A DNA stretch of 63,685 bases from Convolutriloba macropyga. Lineage: Eukaryota. A model generated the notes under the pieces. That model worked only from the letters and a program-made list of their open reading frames with translations, ran no database searches and had not been told where the DNA came from. Of this stretch, positions 37,098-50,250 are shown in pieces; position 1 is the stretch's first letter; the number at the start of each line of letters is the position of its first letter. Made by a program: the position numbers and the translations under genes. Location of the stretch: NCBI RefSeq assembly GCF_964194025.1, contig NC_134477.1, forward strand, positions 27,280,001 to 27,343,685. The letters are read 5' to 3'.

Positions 37098-38095
37098 TGT
37101 CGTGCAACAATCAAGTCAGAAGTAAAACTTGAAAAAACATTGACTTTTGTCCTTATCGCAACCAAAACGAGTTGGTTGTTCCCGCAACTTAAAACTGATA
37201 TAAAAACTTACCAAACTAAACTGTCTAGAACAATGTAATTGAACCTTATCTACATTCTCTTACATTTGGGAGCGCTTGATCCAGACCGCGAAACGCACTC
37301 TATTGATCATTCTAGGCTCCAGAAGGCTGTCGCTTGATGTGTTCAGGACAATTCTGGTCGAGACCGAAGCTATATTGAACTCCAGACCACTAACGATTGT
37401 CGCTGACCTTCCAGAAAATGAAATGCCTCTCACGCCAAACCATTTTCTGATCAACAGACCGTTCAACTCTCTCCCACCAGGAAAGTTCGACAGCCAAGAA
37501 CCCGCCAGTTTCAAGTCTTGGAAGAATGTGCAGCAAATGGTCAACCATTTCTGGAAACGACTCGTCAAGGAGTATCTTCCGACACTGTTAAAGAGGTCCA
37601 AATGGAGCGATAGTGACCAAACACCACTCAGAGTCAACGACATCGTTTGGATTCTGAAAGATATGACTCCACGTGGAATTTGGCCCCTTGGACGTGTTCT
37701 TGAAGTCTATCCTGGACGAGATGGACAACACCGTGTGGTGAAGGTGAAAACGGCTTACGGCACGTACGTTCGTCCGGTCTCCGCCCTCGCACGTGTTTTG
37801 GCTGATTAGCCTATTTTTTCTTGACCTTTTTTCGAAACGGTTTTCTAGGCAACTTGGGTTACACCCTCTTCGACGATCTGGTCAAACGTCTGTGATGTGT
37901 TAGTTGGCCTCCCCTTTCCCCTGGAGCATGTCGTGCAACAATCAAGTCAGAAGTAAAACTTGAAAAAACATTGACTTTTGTCCTTATCGCAACCAAAACG
38001 AGTTGGTTGTTCCAGCAACTTAAAACTGATATAAAAACTTACCAAACTAAACTGTCTAGAACAATGTAATTGAACCTTATCTACATTCTCTTACA
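37098..38095 (+). mobile_element. 998-bp internally deleted BEL/Pao LTR element with intact LTRs and TSD
   Basis: 167-bp TGT...ACA LTRs at 37098-37264 and 37929-38095 with one mismatch seen. 5-bp TSD CTGGT at 37093-37097 and 38096-38100. The interior carries only the integrase C-terminus. Confidence 0.95.
37267..37809 (+). CDS. BEL/Pao integrase C-terminal fragment (DUF5641-like region), no start codon
   Basis: WERLIQTAKR...EAILNSRPLT...LTPNHFL...FWKRLVKEYLPTL..RSKW...WPLGRVLEVYPGRDG..RVVKVKT, uninterrupted to the stop. Confidence 0.88.
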   Translation, partial: WERLIQTAKRTLLIILGSRRLSLDVFRTILVETEAILNSRPLTIVADLPENEMPLTPNHFLINRPFNSLPPGKFDSQEPASFKSWKNVQQMVNHFWKRLVKEYLPTLLKRSKWSDSDQTPLRVNDIVWILKDMTPRGIWPLGRVLEVYPGRDGQHRVVKVKTAYGTYVRPVSALARVLAD

Positions 38096-38765
38096 CTGGT
38101 AATGGGCAACCCGTCCGTATAGATAATATGTGAATTTTATGCTCAATAGAGTTTACCTGAGTCATCTGAAAAGATATCTCTGCTGAACGAAAACGTTAAT
38201 TGGTTCTCTTCCCTAATGAATGCAAATATTGTGCAGGTGGTCTAGATAGGGCCTCGAAATTTTGTCTTTATCGCGCAGTATAAATGAAAAAAATTTCAGA
38301 GTCGAGATCCTCTTGAGCAATTTTCAATTTTTTCTCACTGTTTCTCATTGTTTTTTTGATGAAGCAAGAGTTTCATTCAAACGCTTGAACGGCTAGCAGA
38401 AAAATCGGGCTGCTTTTTTGTTGAGGCTCATAAATCAAGAACCACTTGACTGTCTGTCCACAGTACCGGTCGAGTTATGTGGATGTATGATTAGTTCAAT
38501 TCGGTTAAAAGGAGTCAAATTCCAATGACAGTGGTCTTTTTTTACACTTTTGGTACACTAACCTATTAAAATGGCGCAACTTTGCATTTCCATATTTGGA
38601 AACAAGTTGTTTAATTATTGTACGAATCTTAGCTCAATGCTATTTGGTAAAAGGTGTTAGAAAGTAGTCGAGACAGTTTGAATAGATTGGCTTGTTTAAC
38701 TTAAAGGTAACTATCACAGACATCTTGCTTCTTTTATAACTCTACAAATGTTTCACATATTTCAG

Positions 38766-39085
38766 CCAAACATATAGGAAAGGCGATCATACATTCAGAT
38801 GCATGCGTATTTCTCTTCCATCATGGCTGTTCTCGCTACGTGCCTCAACATCGCTCCGAGTTCTTCAACATGAGGGAGCTATCTGGCTTGGAAGATGAGA
38901 AATTCTATCGGAGGATTGACGCTGAAAGATTTGGTGTCTATTTGTATCATTATCGAGATTGTGACTCTAACAGTGAAAAATGTTGCAGTCATAGTGGAGG
39001 ATTAGCCGATTATTATCACCCCAAAAATGAACAATTGCTTCTTGATCGCGTTTACAAAGCAACTTCAGGTCTATTCGGAACATGA
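38766..39085 (+). CDS. GT92-like gene, terminal exon
   Basis: ATTTCAG| acceptor, phase 1. Encodes (A)KHIGKAIIHSDACVFLFHHGC...VYLYHYRDC...GT*, matching the GT92 C-terminal 'K.I+.P......H...HYR' pattern. Confidence 0.83.
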
Positions 39086-41125
39086 AGAACGTGCTGTAAT
39101 TTCTGAAATGAAAGTGCTGTAATTTGAAAGTCTGTTCAGCAAATATTGCAGTTGACTTTAGAATATTTTTGATCTGTTTGATTTGATATGAAGCTCTGAC
39201 CAAAATGTGGACAATTTTGAAACCTGCTACTTCAATACCCCTCGTTACAGCTATTAGCAAAAGTTGGCAATAATCAACGTGCATAGTATGTTCTGTTCGT
39301 AATAGCTGCTGACGTCAAGATAAAACCAGTCTGATTTTTTTCAAGCGAAAATCAATTCAAAGAACGATCTATTATAATGGTCAATTATGACCCTCGCCCT
39401 TTCAAAGCGTCCTTGGTCTCATTTGTGGGTATAACGAACAATGGATTGATTGTACAATTGGTTCAAAATCCGAAATCGAAGGTCGTTGACAAGTTTCTGC
39501 GAGTACAGAGCTGATACGGAAATCCAATTATCAGAGTTTCTCATTATCTAGAGCATTTTAAACTTCAGCTTCAATAATTGAAAGTTTTATTCAGTTTTTA
39601 TTTACTCATCCGATAATTTGTTATTATATATTATATTGATAAATTATTATGTACAATAATCAACTTATAGTTATATTCAACGTTTCCGTTAATTTGAGTT
39701 CTTATTTGAATTTTACGTCGGTCACTCACAATTTTAATTCAGTTTTTGTTGCGCGATAATTGGGGGCGACTTAGTATCAAAACAAATTCAACGAGTGCTA
39801 ATAAAAATATTTGGCACCTTTATTGTATTACATTATTTTGTGGTGGGACGAAGTCATGTCAACAACAGGAGCAAAATGTAATTTCACAGTTTAAGATCCC
39901 GTAGCTCGTCGAAACAATTTATTTTCATGAGTTACTTCTCAAAGACATCTGATTAAGAGCACCGGTGCTCATGTTTTGAGTTCATGCCTAATGAATCGTG
40001 GAGAACTTCAGTTGTTGAAATCCAGAAAACCACACAAGAAAAGTCAATTCATCAAATAAAAAAAATTTGGTTCTTCTCTGACCCGAGTAGTGTGGACAGA
40101 AAAACAAATGGCAATAAAGGCCTACTTAAAGCGTGGAGGAGAGATGAAATTGACTGCTGGTATTTGGTTCCGTAAGTTGTCTTGATGACGATAGTATGCT
40201 AAAAAATATGCAATTAAATATGCTTAAAAATTCATTTACATTTTAGAATTTTTATTTTCTGTTTTTTAAAATCCGAATTAGGTTCATATTATTTTTTACT
40301 CCCCCAGCGAAAAATATATACGACTATTATACGTAATATCAGCACTAAAAGCGCTTAAATATGTAACAACAATGCTGAAATGTTAGACTGTAAGATCAAC
40401 GCTGAAAATTAGCCGTTGAATTAAAAAGTTCGACACTGAAAAGTGTAAGATGAAAACTAAACATTGATGATAATTTGCTTTCATCGCATTTAGCGTTATT
40501 GTTATGATAAACTCAACGCATAATAATGCCAATCTTGAATTTTTTCTGTTATGTTTAAGCGTTGCCACCTAGGCCAGGGTATAGTGTATTTTCAGCAGAT
40601 AGTTAAGGGGTTTGCTAGATTAGTTTTGCCCGATAAAAATATTTGTTTGTAGTTTTATTTTAACAGAATAATGAATCTGGGCCAAAGTTCGGCTATAACA
40701 CAGATCCTAGCATTAATTATCCGATTGCCAAGGAAAACCATTTTGAGGAAACTCAAATCTGTTTCAATTGATTTGGTTTAGAATATGTTGTCGGAAAACG
40801 GTACTCAGGGTTTTTTTTTGGCGACAATAACTGTTTGGATTATTGTGTAAATTAGAAAGTTATAAACTGAAAAGAAAAAAATTTGGTTTTGGGTACAACC
40901 GTTGATTGCTGTCCCATGAAGCTTTATCGGCTTTCAAATAAACAGTCCTTGCAAAATAGAATTTTTAGAGAGAGTTGAAACAGGATGTGAATAATTATTT
41001 TTCAACCCTTGGAAAGCACAAAACAAAGCACATCCTTATCAGTGGTCACAAGTGTTTAACGTGGATGACGTGATGCGTAAATTTTTCAGCCTATCAGCAA
41101 AACATCGTGGTTTGCGAACAATGAA

Positions 41126-41515
41126 GAGCTGTTGACCAGCAATATGAAAATGGGAATACGAAGAAATTTTAAAAGCGGTTTGTCGTGCTAGTTGACAGCA
41201 ACGATTTCTGCGAGATCATTTTTGTCTGTCGAGAGCTAAAGAGCAACTCGACGTTTCGTGAGAATCATCAAGATTGTTAGCAGATTCAATTCTGATTGCA
41301 ACTCAGTTGAACGACAAGGAATACAGAAGACAGGTCCATGGGACATTGCTGAATTTTATTCAAAAAGGAAGCAGATCAATGTCAGCTATTACGCGAACTG
41401 TCTGAGCTGTTGACCAGCAATATGAAAATGGTGGAATACGAAGAAATTTTAAAAGCGGTTTTTCGTGCTAGTTGACAGCAACAATTTCTGAGAAATCATT
41501 TTTGTCTGTCGAGAC
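41126..41515 (+). repeat. ~110-bp direct repeat pair
   Basis: GAGCTGTTGACCAGCAATATGAAAATGG...TTTTTGTCTGTCGAGA at ~41127-41235 and ~41405-41514. Confidence 0.88.
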
Positions 41516-44500
41516 ACCAGTATTTTGAAGCCAAGGCTGAACATTATGGACTCCAAGAACTCTTACAACAAAAAATGATGAATGAGGCAAAGATTTTGTT
41601 GTTTAGCATGCAATCATCATAAAAAAGTTGGCCTCATTACGCTTACGCATAATTATCTGACATGTGTTAGGGGAAATAGCGGGCGTGGCCTCACTCTACA
41701 TCCAAAAGAACCAGTCATAAAAGAACACTCAGAGAATAAGCAGGCTCTAAGAGCCTCTCAGGGGAGTATTGCGCCCTGAAGAACCTGTTTCATTTGGTAT
41801 CCGTGTCATTGACACTGAGTCAAAATTTTACTTCAACTGAAACCCGGTAGGCGTATCAGACAGCTGTGCTGATGCAAAATAAAAGGAATATTTTGAAGCA
41901 TGTCAGGAGAAGCATCTCGTTTGTTCCAATTGTGCTCAGCGTAGACGGCACGGTGGCTGGTTCAAAAAAGTTTGCTGGGTCAAAACAAGAATTTTTTGCC
42001 CTCTGTTGAGCATCAAAACACTGTATAAGAGGTGTGAGACGCCAAAGGCGATCATTCCCGTTCGAACATGGCACATTCTTGAAAATGACTGTTAGTTTGA
42101 TCTCAAGCTACCTCGATCTATTACCGCCAATGAGAAGGGGATGTTTGCCAAGATTGTTAATAGCTCGCTCCAAAAACTGGTGAGATCTATAAGAAAAATT
42201 GAGATCAATAAGAACAACATGTCGAAAAATTTGTGCAATAATCTTGCAGAACGATTGCTTCAATTTTGAAGCTGAATTATTATGTCACCTAATGAGGGGG
42301 GACCTTATTCAATAGTGAATTTTTCTCGAATCACCCAATAAGAGGTGAGTTGAATAAAATGCTTGAGTTATCGGAAATTAAGAAAAGCATCCGATGACAT
42401 TAACGAACAGCAGAGGCGCTAAAATCAATAAGTTGACTGTTGATTTTAATTAGAACCCTGAGAGCAATGAACTAAGTAATAGGTTTCTCCATTGTTGTAA
42501 CTCCTATAGCTGGCTTGTGCTCTTAAATCTTAATTGTCCTTGTCCAACCGCAACTTATCTTGCAGTGAAACTGCAAAACTTCATTCCAATTGATATTAGC
42601 GTAATTACCTCCTCGTAGATTATATCTATCGTTCGTCTGTTATATTTGTTATTATTGGTGGGCTCTAAAGGGAAAGGCCTACTTATAACAATGTGTTCTT
42701 TTATCCAGATTTCACATTGATGCTCGAGCTGATTTTATAAGGCTTATTTCAGGCAACTAATTGGTCACTTACGGATGGCGGTTGATGATTATCCAACATT
42801 AAAACCATACAAAGGACATCTACGATTCTTTGTAATCAACATTTGTATAGTATAGTTTTTCAAAAAATGCATAAAATTCTGAGTCTTTTACAAGGTTGTA
42901 TATGACACGAAAAACGTTACAAAACTCCTGTGAAGTGTGTTCTCGATTTATTTGAATTAACATTCCAGTACCAATATATGTATATAAGGATGTATAATGG
43001 TTTTGAAGGATATTTTGTGCGACACAGATTGATAGTGAAGACGTGGAATCACAGCACTTGGAGTAGTTGGAGCACATGTTTTCACTAAAGTCGATATGTT
43101 AGACTGCCAAAATTGGTTAAATTAATACATGATGTATCATTTTAGTAACTAGTATGGCTAGTATGGGCTCAGCTCAATATGTGTCAGTAGCGTTACAAAC
43201 AGGGAAACAAGCGAGTTTTACTGATATGAACTGAACACAATTCAGCATTATGGTAAAAAGTAATAAGGAAATTGTGTCACAATGTCATGACCTCGTTTAC
43301 TGCAAATTTTTCCTGCGAACGAAACGAGTCTTAATGTTTTAGAAGTAGCCCACATTTTTTTTATTGCCCGGCACTTTTTTAAGGCTCCTCTACAAACTCT
43401 GGTCAAGTTAATGTTTAAATTACCAACTGAGGAAATGTATTACTTAATTATCATTTCTTCAAAAATATAGAGAAATGTATAGTTGTTTCCTCCGTTGAAC
43501 TTTCAGCCATTGTTGAAAAGTTACAATTGTGTTCTTGGCTATATTTCGGAACTCGGGACTGTTTCCTTACCGTGCACAGTTTTTTGTTTTCATTGGTCTG
43601 CGTGGACAAACTAACGGGTGTTTAATTATGGTTTAGGTAGCTTTTGAAGAGGTTGGGCTATCAATTAGAATTCATATATACTCTGTACCGTTAAAATAAC
43701 ATTTATAGGCTGGTACTACCTGGAGGGGGGTAGGGGTAGAATTAGACTTACTTAACATTCAGCAAAAAAGAAGCTCGAAAAGATTTTAGAAGTTTGTGAG
43801 CTGCCTTTAAATGCGTTGTACCAGATTTGTTATTGATCGACAGAGAAGAGTGAACAAAATCAAATTGGTTCCTCGACATTTTCTTACTCAAGTTATTTGA
43901 TTTCTTCTGACGGTTATTCTCATCAAGACTCATGAGTTTCACACCACCGCACGTGCAATTAGCGGAGAACTTACAGACAGTTAACTGGATTCTACAAATC
44001 AGTGAGTATATCCTTTAGATGAGATTACTTCAGTCGAAGGGCGATTGGCGCACTTATGATTTGCACCCCTCAAGAACAAAGATTTTATATGTAATGACAA
44101 ATGTTCCATATATTGGAGGTGCAGGGGTGCATAATAACAGAAAAAATGCTCTTACAATTCATAAAATTTCTTGATGAACTTACTGTATGCTACGCACTAA
44201 ATAAAGTTAAGGTAAATTTACCTTAACGGGGGGGGGGGGGGGGGTGAATAACGTACTGGGTGCACAAACAGAAAAGATCCCAAAGATCTTTTCCGCTTGG
44301 GCCTCCCCATCTTCGTGGGTGCATATTATGTGCACCTCCAGACGCACGTGCCATGTTTTTACATAAAGATTTACCATGTAATGACACGTACTCTGTAACG
44401 GGGGGGGGGGGGTAACTTACACTTACTGGGCAAAAACGGAAAAGGTCCCGAATCTTTTACACGACGATTTACTATATAGTGTATGTCAACGATCTCCCGA

Positions 44501-44629
44501 AAGTTACGAAAAACATAATAATTACTCCCGCCGACGACACTCCCTCGATAATTTAACCAGTCAGTTATTACTCGACATGTCGTCGACATAAAACAAAACA
44601 AAAATTTTCGGGAGGAAAAAAGCTGACGC

Positions 44630-45100
44630 TAAATTTTGATAAACTACAATTCTACAAAAAATTGTTTGGATAAAAGCAGACAAATATCAATTGAAGAGAA
44701 ACAAGATTACAGAAGGTCCAAAGGATACCTTGGAATCTTGATTGACGGGAAACTATGAGCATCACATTCAATATATACTTCCAAATGAACGTCATTTGCG
44801 CAACATTCTATCAATTTAGAAGACCTACATAACCATCCACATTTTTTTTTGCTGAGCGCATGTACAGCCAGCCAATCCTACAGTATGCAGTGTTGGTTTA
44901 TGGCGCAATAGCTTAGATTGGCATCATGAGATTAGATAGCCAATTAAACATTAAATAGAATATATATAGAAAGTGCAAAAATTTACATCACAGAAGAATT
45001 ACATTCATAAGAATTTTTCAAACTAATCATTAGAAAAATGAGGGAGAGATTTAAGCGTAATGGAAACTGTAAACGATTGAAAACGGTAAATTTAGATAAT
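44630..45100 (+). mobile_element. CR1/L2-like LINE RT C-terminal relic
   Basis: Manual translation gives YLGILIDGKL (~44725-44755) and QPILQYAVLVYG (~44870-44905), resembling late RT motifs of CR1/L2 elements. Heavily decayed. Confidence 0.5.
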
Positions 45101-45109
45101 TTGAGATCA

Positions 45110-46097
45110 CCCCAGTGATTCTGGAACTTTTATCGTGTAAGATCTGACAAATTTCTGACAAAACCATCTTGCTAATAGCCTGTAAGGGGATGCATCTTCT
45201 TATCAGATCTGATAAGACGTTTATCAGATCTTACACGATAAAAAATCCTCTTATAAGATCTTACACGATAAAAATTCCTCTCATAAGATCTTACACGATA
45301 AAAATTCCTCTTACAAGATTTTACACGATAAAAATTCCTCTTATAAGATCTTACACGATAAAAATTCCTCTTATAAGATCTTACACGATAAAAATTACTC
45401 TTATAAGACCTTACACGGTAAACATTCTTATACGCCTAAAATTCTTCAAGTATGGCATGTTCTTCATATTTAAGACAATTCAGAATTGCTCTCAAGCACT
45501 AGCCAAAAAACTGCAGCATGCAACACTTTAGTGTCAGAGCAACAAAGAGAAAAAAAATCTTATACTGTCTTTTAAGACTTATAAGATATTGTAAAACGAT
45601 TATTTGAGTGGCAGGGGTTTCCTCCGAAGCGGTGATTATCAAAGTAGGCTGAAAAATTTTCTTCGAAGACCAAAACTATCTGCGACTGCTAAGTTTAGCC
45701 ATAGTACCCAGTTAGGACTCACAATAAAGCTGCCGCCAAAACAGAATCAACAAGCATTTTTTTGTATCATAATTGTTTAGCTGACCGATTATTTTTTACT
45801 TTCATAGGATCTTGACTACGTTATACGTTTATATTAAAATCATTAAAACTTGTCATATCAGATCTTACACGATAAAAATTCCGTCTTATCAGATCTTACA
45901 CGATAAAAATTCTGATAAGAGGAATGTTTATCTTATAAGATGTCTTATCAGATCATACACGATAAAAATTCCCTATCGTGTAAGTTCTGATAAGAGGAAT
46001 TTTTATCGTGTAAGATCTGAGCAGATCTTACACGATAAAAATTCTTAGTCAGCATCTTATCAGATCTTGCACGATAAAAATTCCAGAATCACTGGGG
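45110..46097. mobile_element. ~990-bp non-autonomous TIR element (CCCAG termini, CACTA/EnSpm-like) with 30-bp internal tandem repeats
   Basis: TIRs CCCCAGTGATTCTGGAACTTTTATCGTGTAAGATCTGA and TCAGATCTTGCACGATAAAAATTCCAGAATCACTGGGG. About six to seven tandem 30-mers CTTATAAGATCTTACACGATAAAAATTCCT at ~45225-45420, and the same motif in both orientations at 45855-46080. No clear TSD. Confidence 0.85.
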
Positions 46098-48799
46098 TTT
46101 AGAAAAATTGTGCGAGCCTCTAACTTTTTGGGTTATTTTCAATCTATCTCCCAAGAACGTTCTTCATTCCTCAGCTACAGATCATTGCATAGCAAATCAT
46201 TATATTACACGACCTTCTGGGGCTCGCGACTAATCTGCATCCACTAAGCTGGGGGAGGAAATTGAAAAAACCTATTTTTCATAAGGAAACAATTAACGAT
46301 GACATCAATTCAATAAGAGCAAGAAGAAGAAATAGTAAAATTTTGCAGAAATAGTAAAATTTTGACCCCATCTCGTTGAAGAAATGTAAAAAAAATTACG
46401 GCGTTATGTTAGAAAGATTTAATCTATCGGTTCCGTTAAAATTTTATACTATGTTGGTGATGGTTAATTGTTAGAAGGATTATATTGGGTTTTTCAATGC
46501 CTTGCGTACCCTTAAAAGTTTGAGCAAATGAAAACACAAAATTTTTTGCTCCATGAGACATCACATAACGGGGCAACACTGCTCTTTGCTGTCCTCCCTT
46601 GGCTCAGCAGTATAGGAATATGCAAAAAATTAAAAAGCTTATCCACTCAATTTTAATTTTTTGACCGGAAACAGTTTTTTATTATTATTATTATATTAAA
46701 TAATATATTTTGACACGTGCTCTGCAATGGGGGGGGGGGGGGGGGTGTTGGTTTGCATAACGTAGAGAAGGCCCAAGTGACAAAGATCCAGTAATAAATA
46801 TGTGGCCAGTGCAATAAAAAGTCGTTTATTTGCGTCGGAGTATCATTGTAACGCAACACGCCTGCTTCTTCAGCTATTTGCAATAACAGATTTCCAACCA
46901 GCTTATCTGCTTCACCACTGATATAGAAATATCGGGTCCTTTCCATAAATTTTGCCCCCCCCCCCGGTGAAATTTTAGCCCCCATTTTGGTATGATTACC
47001 ATGATGGGGAGCTATAGGTTATCTGACCACTAAGCTGCGGTGGGGGGGGGGGGGGGTTATAACGAGAAAGACCCAAAAATTTTACTTTGAAACTCAAGTT
47101 ACCCAAAGGAACAAAACGTTTTCAATTGTGCAAGATTTTAGCCAATCTGACAAGTCAAAAATTTTACGCGAGTTTTCTTGTTGGAAAACGTGGCTAGGTT
47201 GCTATCAGCAATTATCAGACATGAGGTGTTCTTCAGTTTATTCGCACCGTTTGGTGGGTTCATGTTTTTTGCACCCTCAAATCCACGGGCCACCTTTTAA
47301 AACCTGAATTTAATGGCACATGGCACGTGCGTTGTACCGGGGGGGGGGGGTTATCCTCTGGGCATAACCTAGTGCTTTGACAAAAACAAAGTAATGCAAA
47401 ATCTTTATTTTAGATTATGTGAGGGGGCTATCTTTTCTTTTTCTATTACAGTTAAAAATCAAATCTTTAAAAAAGTTAGCAATTATGTTGTTGAAATCGA
47501 TTGTTCGCGCCACGTCAAATCAGCAATAAGAACCATCAGATATCAAGAAATAACTTTTGAAACTGAATAAACTCAAATTGGTCAAAATTCAAAAATGGTC
47601 AAGATTTTACAAGTTGAGACCAAAAATTTGTACACCCCCGATTTTGGTAAGGGAAGACCGAAGCAACCCGAGATTATAGCACACGGTTAAGGTAACCTCT
47701 AGGCTATTCATGGACGCAACAAACGTTATGGCATCAGAACCACAATTGTGGCTATTAGCACTTAAATTGCGCAAAAATAGCATTTTTTGATCTTTTGTTT
47801 TTTTTAGTCAGATTTATTAAATTGTTAATTTTGTGATCCTTTAGGTGTTTATTCATAGTCGAATGTCATAGATTTGAGGCAGTTAGATAGAGTTACGTGA
47901 GCAACAGCTTTGCTTATGTCAATAACAAAAAATATTGCAGTTATTTGACATTTACTATGTAAATATTAATCTAAATTACTTACTTGATAAACCAATCAGA
48001 AACGAGTAGGAATGATGTTTCTAATGATGTTTACTTGATTAATTGCTTTTAACGAATTCTTTGAACATTGAAACCAGATTGTTTTTAGATCCATTAGAAA
48101 GTGTCACAAAGAGCGGTTGGCTCCCAGAATAGACTAAAATTTGATTCTTCTTCAATTTCAGCCTTTTATAGATCCTAGGATCTTTAGAATTCTAACTTTA
48201 TTGAAGTTTCTTGACAAGAAGTGAGCAACAGTACTAGCTTTTGACTGACGCCTTTCAAATTTCAGCACGAGAATGAACATAGATTATTGCTAAGGATTTT
48301 CTTAACTTCCATCGAAGTTAAAGTAACAGTCCTTTAATACAACCAAGCGACTAATTGTTTCGACAATATTTTTTGCCAATCAAGATTAAAAAAGAACGAG
48401 GCCAAAATAAAGCTCAAAAAAAATGCTGTGATATTTCGGTTCCGCGTAGATTCTCGAGCAGCTGCAACATTTGGTCTGCTGTACCAGACAAAGACCATTA
48501 CCGTGGCACAAACAGCAGCGACGCATCAATTCAATTAGCTGAACCAAAGCACAGCTAGTAACGATCATAAGAAAATATCCCAGCCCAGCACGCACTGGAA
48601 AACATTTGATTGGATGGCAAGTGGTAAATTTAAGACGCTATGAAAGTGCAAGCTGACCTACTCAAGTTATTCTCCAGACACCTCATCGAGCTAGAAGGCT
48701 ACCTGACACAAAACTAAACAATAGCGTCTGGAAATGCCTAACAGATGTTACTCTTAAATCTAAAGTATTTTGAAAAGTTCTATAATGACACCAAGCGTA

Positions 48800-50250
48800 T
48801 GTTAGAAGAATGCAGTAACGTTTCGAGACGGGTAGTTAGCTAAACACCATTTCTCCGAGACATTGAAAATTTCCGCACAGAATTCGTTGACTGCTGGAAA
48901 GATACAATGCAAGCATACAAATCAGGGAAAACCGCTGTTCTAATTTTGTGTGAACCATCAATATTGAAGAAGAAATTGAAAACAAAAAATTTAAGTGGCT
49001 CTCGAAAATAGACACAGACATGGTGTAATCAGCTGAAACATCTAGTAGGAAAACTAGATGAAATCTACGCAGAATGGATTTGAATGATATAGCCAGAAGG
49101 TTGCACACAAAAAATTTGTGGTCATCAATGATAGAAGTTACTATCGAGACTTGATCAAGCTGTACGGGCACGGCAAGGATTGCGCAAACCAAACAACCTT
49201 AGTGGCATCTACATAGAGTAAAAAAAATCCAAACCAGATGGTAACTGACAACAATAAAGACGCCCCAAATTCAGAGGGAGAAATTGTTGAGACAACATGA
49301 AGTTGAGCAAAAGGAATTTGAAAACTTGATTGCTGAGCAACAAGCACAGAAACAACTGAAAGACCGACAATTTCAAATCAAAATTGAACGTGAAGGATTG
49401 AGACGTGGTCAACAATAAGAAAAGTTACGTTTACAATTACAACAGCGAGAACATAAAGAAGACAACTTATGTCTTTGGCATCGAGAGCAAGTACATTAAA
49501 ACGAAAGAAAGAGAGCAGAGGCTGACAAAGATCAAAGACTTCTATAACTTGGAAAGAAAAATTGAAAAAAGATAAAAAAAAAACTAAATGAAAAACCAGC
49601 TCAAAAGCATCGGGACCAGTTGGAGATGAGATAGAAGGTGTCGACAAGCAATAAAAAAACAGCAGGATAGGCAAAATCAGTGCCCTATTCGCTGTCTGTT
49701 CCGGTCGATGCCGGTACCCTGTTCCGGTCGATACCATCTCCATACCCTGTTATCGAATCTACAACGAATGTCACGCAAACCATCGACCACAAAAGTTTCA
49801 GCGCCTCTTTGGATATTGCCCCGTTAATTGAACGGGGTTTAGGACTGCTTTCAGCACCATTGAGAGAATCGGGCATTCCCAAAAAATCCCAGAAATCCAA
49901 AAAAGTTAGATTTACGGACCCTCAAGTATTCCAAAACAAGAAAAAGAGCCAGAGTCCTATAAAAACTGTCAATCAAATCTGCTTAGTGTGAATATTGGAG
50001 CACAGTGAACCAAGCCACTGCCCAAGTCAATTACCAATAAGTCCCGAGCGGTTGCGCCAGTGGCTTGCCGAAACTAAATCTAACTGTTTTTTCAGGAGAT
50101 CTTCTAGAGTGGCCAGATTGGTCGGGTTTTTTGATGCTGTTGATCATAAAAAACAGCGATACTGAAAAGATGCAATACTTTAGGACAAATTTTGAGGGTT
50201 GGGTTAAGGCAGCTATTTCGGGAATGGGATGGTTTTGAAGATTGATCAAA
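48800..50250 (+). mobile_element. Degenerate BEL/Pao gag region (DUF1759-like)
   Basis: Manual translation of ~50060-50235 gives GLPKLNLTVFSGDLLEWPDWSGF...SDTEKMQYF...VKAAISGMG, typical of BEL/Pao gag. The upstream A-rich region is decayed and the left boundary is approximate. Confidence 0.7.

Larger units (their letters stand above)
36370..38620 (-). mobile_element. Degenerate BEL/Pao LTR retrotransposon pol (RNase H to integrase), interrupted by a nested element
   Basis: Manual minus-strand translation gives, in order: KCKVAP..VSVPK (~38590), WTDSQVVLD (~38460), HLHNICIH*GREP (~38240), KKYILIFTCLVTR...NTDNFLNAY (ORF 36792-37085), INKTFSSLPPG (36754) and ATTAHGVYV (~36450). Many stops and deletions. 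Confidence 0.82.

Noticed and set aside
41770-41855. Type I hammerhead-like arrangement (TGCGCC-CTGAAGA...GAAAC-CCG-GTA-GGCGTA)
   Set aside because: Stem I and the core match, but the long stem II region does not close beyond one pair and no Penelope/retrozyme context is seen; likely chance. An Infernal search would settle it.
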